From contig BTWA01000006.1 of NCBI GenBank assembly GCA_045863295.1, positions 32,001 to 96,000 on the forward strand: a stretch of DNA of 64,000 nt, written 5' to 3'. The DNA comes from Candidatus Hydrogenedentota bacterium (GTDB lineage Bacteria; Hydrogenedentota; Hydrogenedentia; Hydrogenedentales; SLHB01). The stretch's first letter is position 1, and every line of letters begins with the position of its first letter. This document shows positions 60,245 through 64,000 of the stretch, in pieces. The notes beneath the pieces were generated by a model, which made no database searches, was not told where the DNA came from, and was given only the letters and a program-made list of their open reading frames with translations. The position numbers were made by a program, and so were the translations under genes.

Positions 60245-60838
60245 TCAGGGGCGCCGTGCGCGAAAAACATACGCGGGGGGAAAATTCCGCAGCACTATAG
60301 GCAAGCGTTCGACGTCCACCATGCGTTGACGCAACTTCTGGAGAAAGCTCCTGCCCTTCGGCAGCGCCGGACTGAAGAAGTACATAAACGTGGAGAAATG
60401 GCCGCCCGGGCGCAGAACGTCCATTATGGCATCCAGCAGGCTGTTCTGGAGTTGATCGTCGAAGACCGTCCAAGGCAGTCCAGAAACGATTGCGTCACAG
60501 TGAGTCTGCCCGATGGCCTCTAGGTGCTTTCGGGCATTTTCGGCAGAATCGTGATGGAGCGTGATGTGGGGAAAACGGTCGCGAATTACGCGGACGAATT
60601 CGTCGCTTACCTCGAATGCCATAAATGTGGCATCCGGTCTAAGCGCATCCAACAGGACCTCAGTGACAACACCGGTACCAGGTCCGAACTCGAGGACGAT
60701 TTGGGCATCGCGCACGTGTGCAGCATCGACCAACATCTGGCCTACATAGGGAGTGCTGGCGGAAATTGCGCCCACGGCGCCGGGATTTGCGATTAGTCCT
60801 TTAAAAAAACGAAGTGAATACAAGGCAAACTCCTGCAA
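60245..60838 (-). CDS. Phospholipid N-methyltransferase-like SAM-dependent methyltransferase
   Basis: P..VGAI..S, VLEFGPGTG, IVSGLPW and NFPPA motifs. Confidence 0.82.
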   Translation of the reverse strand: MQEFALYSLRFFKGLIANPGAVGAISASTPYVGQMLVDAAHVRDAQIVLEFGPGTGVVTEVLLDALRPDATFMAFEVSDEFVRVIRDRFPHITLHHDSAENARKHLEAIGQTHCDAIVSGLPWTVFDDQLQNSLLDAIMDVLRPGGHFSTFMYFFSPALPKGRSFLQKLRQRMVDVERLPIVLRNFPPAYVFRARRP

Positions 60839-60845
60839 AAACTGG

Positions 60846-61667
60846 CTACCCTTTTAAGGCACCCTTGGTCAATCCGGAGACGAAGTGGCGTTGCGCAATA
60901 ATGTACAAAATCAGTAGCGGAATAACAACGATTAAAGTCGCGGCCATCAGCAGGTTCCAGCGGTTTCCTCCTTCCTCCGCTTGCTTCAGGTAGGCGAGTC
61001 CGAGCGGTAGAGTGCGCATCGCCGTTTTACTGGTCACTATCAACGGCCACAGATAGTCGTTCCATCGGCCCAGGAAGGATACGAGCGCCACGGCAACCAA
61101 CAGCGGCCGGGCAAGCGGAGTCACAACGTGTACTAGCGTGCGAAACGGCCCGGCGCCCTCCATCGCCGCTGCTTCGAATAGGTCGGCCGGAATCATGCGA
61201 AACTGCTGATAGAGCACGAAGACCGGAAACGCATGCGCGGAAGCGGGTATGATCAGTGCCCAATAGGTGTCCGTCCAGCCGAGACGATTGATCAAAATGA
61301 AATTAGGAACTAGTTTCATCTCTTCGGGAATCATCATCGTGGCCAGTACCGCTATCAGCAATGCCTTTTTGCCCGGAAATCGCAGTGCAGCGAAGGCAAA
61401 AGCCATTAATAGCGCAAATATCACCTGCAATAGCGTAGCTGCTGCGGACGTAACCGCGCTGTTTACGTAGAATCGGCCGAATGGCGCCGAGTGCCACGCC
61501 TCGTAGAAATTCTCCCAACGCAATTCGGACGGAAACCATTGAGGCGGAAATCGGCTTACATCGGCAGATGTCTTCAGGGAAGTAAGAGCCATCCAGAGAA
61601 ACGGCAAGACAAGCATTCCGCAAGCAAGCAGCAGTGCACAGTGAAGCAGATATGCTCTAGTCGTCAT
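60846..61667 (-). CDS. Carbohydrate ABC transporter permease (UgpE/MalG-like)
   Basis: PFLWMALTSLK, EAAAMEGA loop, WNDYLWPL. Confidence 0.92.
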   Translation of the reverse strand: MTTRAYLLHCALLLACGMLVLPFLWMALTSLKTSADVSRFPPQWFPSELRWENFYEAWHSAPFGRFYVNSAVTSAAATLLQVIFALLMAFAFAALRFPGKKALLIAVLATMMIPEEMKLVPNFILINRLGWTDTYWALIIPASAHAFPVFVLYQQFRMIPADLFEAAAMEGAGPFRTLVHVVTPLARPLLVAVALVSFLGRWNDYLWPLIVTSKTAMRTLPLGLAYLKQAEEGGNRWNLLMAATLIVVIPLLILYIIAQRHFVSGLTKGALKG

Positions 61668-62571
61668 AGTGCACCCACTTTGACGCAAGGCGGAACTGCA
61701 CAAGCGTGATTGTCACCGTCGCTATAAAGAAGACCAGCGCGAATGCGGATGCATAGCCTGCACGGAAGTCCTTGAACGCGAGCTTGTACAAGTGATACAC
61801 GTACAAACTTGAGTCGGGGTATACGGGGCCGCCTTCGGTCATAATCGCAACAGTGTCAAATGCCTTTATTGAAGCAATGAAGCCAGTAACCAGAAGTAGA
61901 AAGATAACCGGTGACATCAGTGGAATAACAAGGTGCCGGAGGCGAGTCCACGCTGACGCCCCATCTAGCCGCGCCGCCTCGAAGGGCTCCTGAGGGAGAG
62001 ATTGCATTCCGGCAAGAAAGAAGATGCTGGCAAACCCGATTTCCTTCCAGATGCCGACCACCATAAGTGCGCACAGAGACATGATCCCCGATTCCAGCCA
62101 ATTCCAACCCTGCATGCCAACCGTCGTATACAATCGACTCAACGGCCCGTAATCCGGATGCAAAAGGAGTATCCACACCAAAGCGGCAGCGGCCGTTGTA
62201 GTGATGTGTGGTGTAAAGGCGATAGTGCGATAGACACTACGGCCCCAAATATTCCTGTTTAGACCCAAAGCCAAAAAGAACGCCGCGGATTGGGCAATCA
62301 CGACGACACCCATCGCGTAGACCAAAGTATTTAGTGCGACGCGCCAGAATTCGGTGCTCTGCCACAGGGCGAAGTAATTTTCAAGCCCTTGCCATCTACC
62401 AGTCCCTGTGAGAAGGTTCCAGTCATGCAGACTCAAATAACAGGAATAGGCAATAGGCCAATAGGTGAAAGTCAAAAATAACATGGCATTGGGTGCAATA
62501 AAGATCAGAAAGGCGAGATATTCCGTGCGATGCCGTCGCCATGAGCGAAGCAGATTTTCGCGTCCAGACAT
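61657..62571 (-). CDS. Carbohydrate ABC transporter permease (UgpA/MalF-like)
   Basis: GLENY, EAARLDGA and GGP motifs. Confidence 0.92.
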   Translation of the reverse strand: MSGRENLLRSWRRHRTEYLAFLIFIAPNAMLFLTFTYWPIAYSCYLSLHDWNLLTGTGRWQGLENYFALWQSTEFWRVALNTLVYAMGVVVIAQSAAFFLALGLNRNIWGRSVYRTIAFTPHITTTAAAALVWILLLHPDYGPLSRLYTTVGMQGWNWLESGIMSLCALMVVGIWKEIGFASIFFLAGMQSLPQEPFEAARLDGASAWTRLRHLVIPLMSPVIFLLLVTGFIASIKAFDTVAIMTEGGPVYPDSSLYVYHLYKLAFKDFRAGYASAFALVFFIATVTITLVQFRLASKWVHYDD

Positions 62572-62574
62572 TGC

Positions 62575-63852
62575 CTACTCATTCCGCATGGAGGCGGCCA
62601 GCACCGCTTCTGCTTCGGCATCAGCCGCATCCAATGTTTGTTTCACGTCGGCGTCTTCCAGAAGTATTTTGTGGAAAGCTCTGTCAAATGCGTCCCTTAC
62701 CGGAGGCGACATGTTCACGGAAAAGTCAGCCCGAACATACTGAAGCGCATCATGAATCGTCTGAAATCGGGGATCCTGTAGCCGCTCCCCCATTAACTCA
62801 CGGGCTTCCGGAGTAAACGCGACATAGCCGCTCGCACCTGAATAGTATGCGATGCTCTCGGGTGCGAGCATGTAACGGATGAAACTCCAAGCCGCCTCGC
62901 GCTGATCTTCCCTTGCGGTCGAGATCATGGCCAAGCCGCCGCCGCCCGGCGCGTACACCTTGCCTTTGGCGCCCGCCGGGTACTGCGCGAGCGCCGGTGT
63001 AAACCCTGCCGCTCGATCATACACTTCGCCAAACGCATCCTGCGAGTCCAGAATCATTGCGGAGCGCCCGCTTATAAATGCGGCACGATGGCCCCCTGAT
63101 GCTTTATCCGGCATGGTCAGGCAACCCTCACGAGCAAGTTGCTGCAGTTCAGAAAGTATTTGAATAGCAATCGGGTCGTTTAAAGTGACGTTTGTATAGT
63201 CGCGGTTGGTTAATTCTCCTCCCTCCGACCAAATCATGGAGACTAGGGGCCAAGTAATGTTCCAGAGCGCTATCCCAGCCCGGGAGACTCGGCCATTCGG
63301 ATCGCGCCGCGTCAATTTTCGGGCGGCTTCATAAAACTCCTTCCATGTGCCTGGCGGCTGGTTAACGCCAGCCTCGGTGAACGCGTCTTGATTGTAATAA
63401 AGAACCGGAACGGCAACATTGAAAGGCAACCAATACACGTTGCCGTCTACCACACCTGCTTCCGCCAACGATGCCGGCCAGGCGCTGGTATCCAGGGGGA
63501 GGGTGCCCTGAAGAAACGGTGTTAGATTTACAAGCAATCCTGCTTTCGCAAATTCCCGGATTTCAAAGGTGCCAAGTTGGGTAACATTGGGACCGGTCTT
63601 CGCCGCGGCGGATGTCAGCAGTTTAGTAGCCAAGTCGCTGTAACTACCCTGGAATTCCGAAGTGACCTCGCAGATGTCTTGGGTCGAATTGAATCGGCGT
63701 ACCAATTCATCCTGTGCCTCTCCCGCAGACCCGGTGAGCGTTCGCCAATAAACCAAGGAAGAATTTGCAGTGCTCTCTGGTTTCGCGTTACACCCCGCGA
63801 GTAAGACACCAAGAAAAATGGTGGGAATAAGTGAAAATTGAGCGGTTCGCAT
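62575..63852 (-). CDS. ABC transporter substrate-binding lipoprotein (UgpB-like)
   Basis: Lipobox LLAGC; FQGSY, LPFN..VLYYN, PP.TW and AAWSFIRY motifs. Confidence 0.9.
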   Translation of the reverse strand: MRTAQFSLIPTIFLGVLLAGCNAKPESTANSSLVYWRTLTGSAGEAQDELVRRFNSTQDICEVTSEFQGSYSDLATKLLTSAAAKTGPNVTQLGTFEIREFAKAGLLVNLTPFLQGTLPLDTSAWPASLAEAGVVDGNVYWLPFNVAVPVLYYNQDAFTEAGVNQPPGTWKEFYEAARKLTRRDPNGRVSRAGIALWNITWPLVSMIWSEGGELTNRDYTNVTLNDPIAIQILSELQQLAREGCLTMPDKASGGHRAAFISGRSAMILDSQDAFGEVYDRAAGFTPALAQYPAGAKGKVYAPGGGGLAMISTAREDQREAAWSFIRYMLAPESIAYYSGASGYVAFTPEARELMGERLQDPRFQTIHDALQYVRADFSVNMSPPVRDAFDRAFHKILLEDADVKQTLDAADAEAEAVLAASMRNE

Positions 63853-64000
63853 GCAACACCTCATAGCCTTCGCGGGTACAAGGCGAATTGTACCTATTGA
63901 CACAACCGGAAACTACTTGGTGTCCATCAAACTGGCGAATGAGCCACAGTGCAGAACGGGGATTTTCGTCGAATTCAGCTTCACCAAGGGGTATCGGATA

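Overview
Bacterial chromosomal window of moderately high GC. The gene content (CehA/McbA-like hydrolase, Tat-exported Gfo/Idh/MocA oxidoreductase, DUF4139 paralogs) is reminiscent of Hydrogenedentota/PVC-like lineages; this is inference only. Most of the window is housekeeping and metabolic genes: pheT-zapB-like-zapA-6S RNA, tRNA-Gly(CCC), serA, ileS-dksA/traR-lspA-lgt, tex, hemF, pcm, thpR, nnrE, ddpX and ABC transporters. The accessory highlight is 6.6-13.65 kb, a complete type II-C CRISPR-Cas locus (tracrRNA, 1041-aa cas9, cas1, cas2, and an 8-repeat/7-spacer array) bracketed by 146-bp direct repeats. Between cas2 and the array lies an unannotated 53-aa Cys-rich gene with its own promoter, RBS and terminator. 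Beside it is a solitary degenerate CRISPR repeat whose preceding 12 nt exactly match the predicted transcription-start region of that small gene. This is the architecture expected of a Cas9-guided transcriptional repression module (scaRNA/CreTA-like, possibly toxin-antitoxin). The locus also carries a hairpin that masks the first array repeat, further orphan type II repeats, two relic type I-E-like repeats and a phage ART-like fragment.
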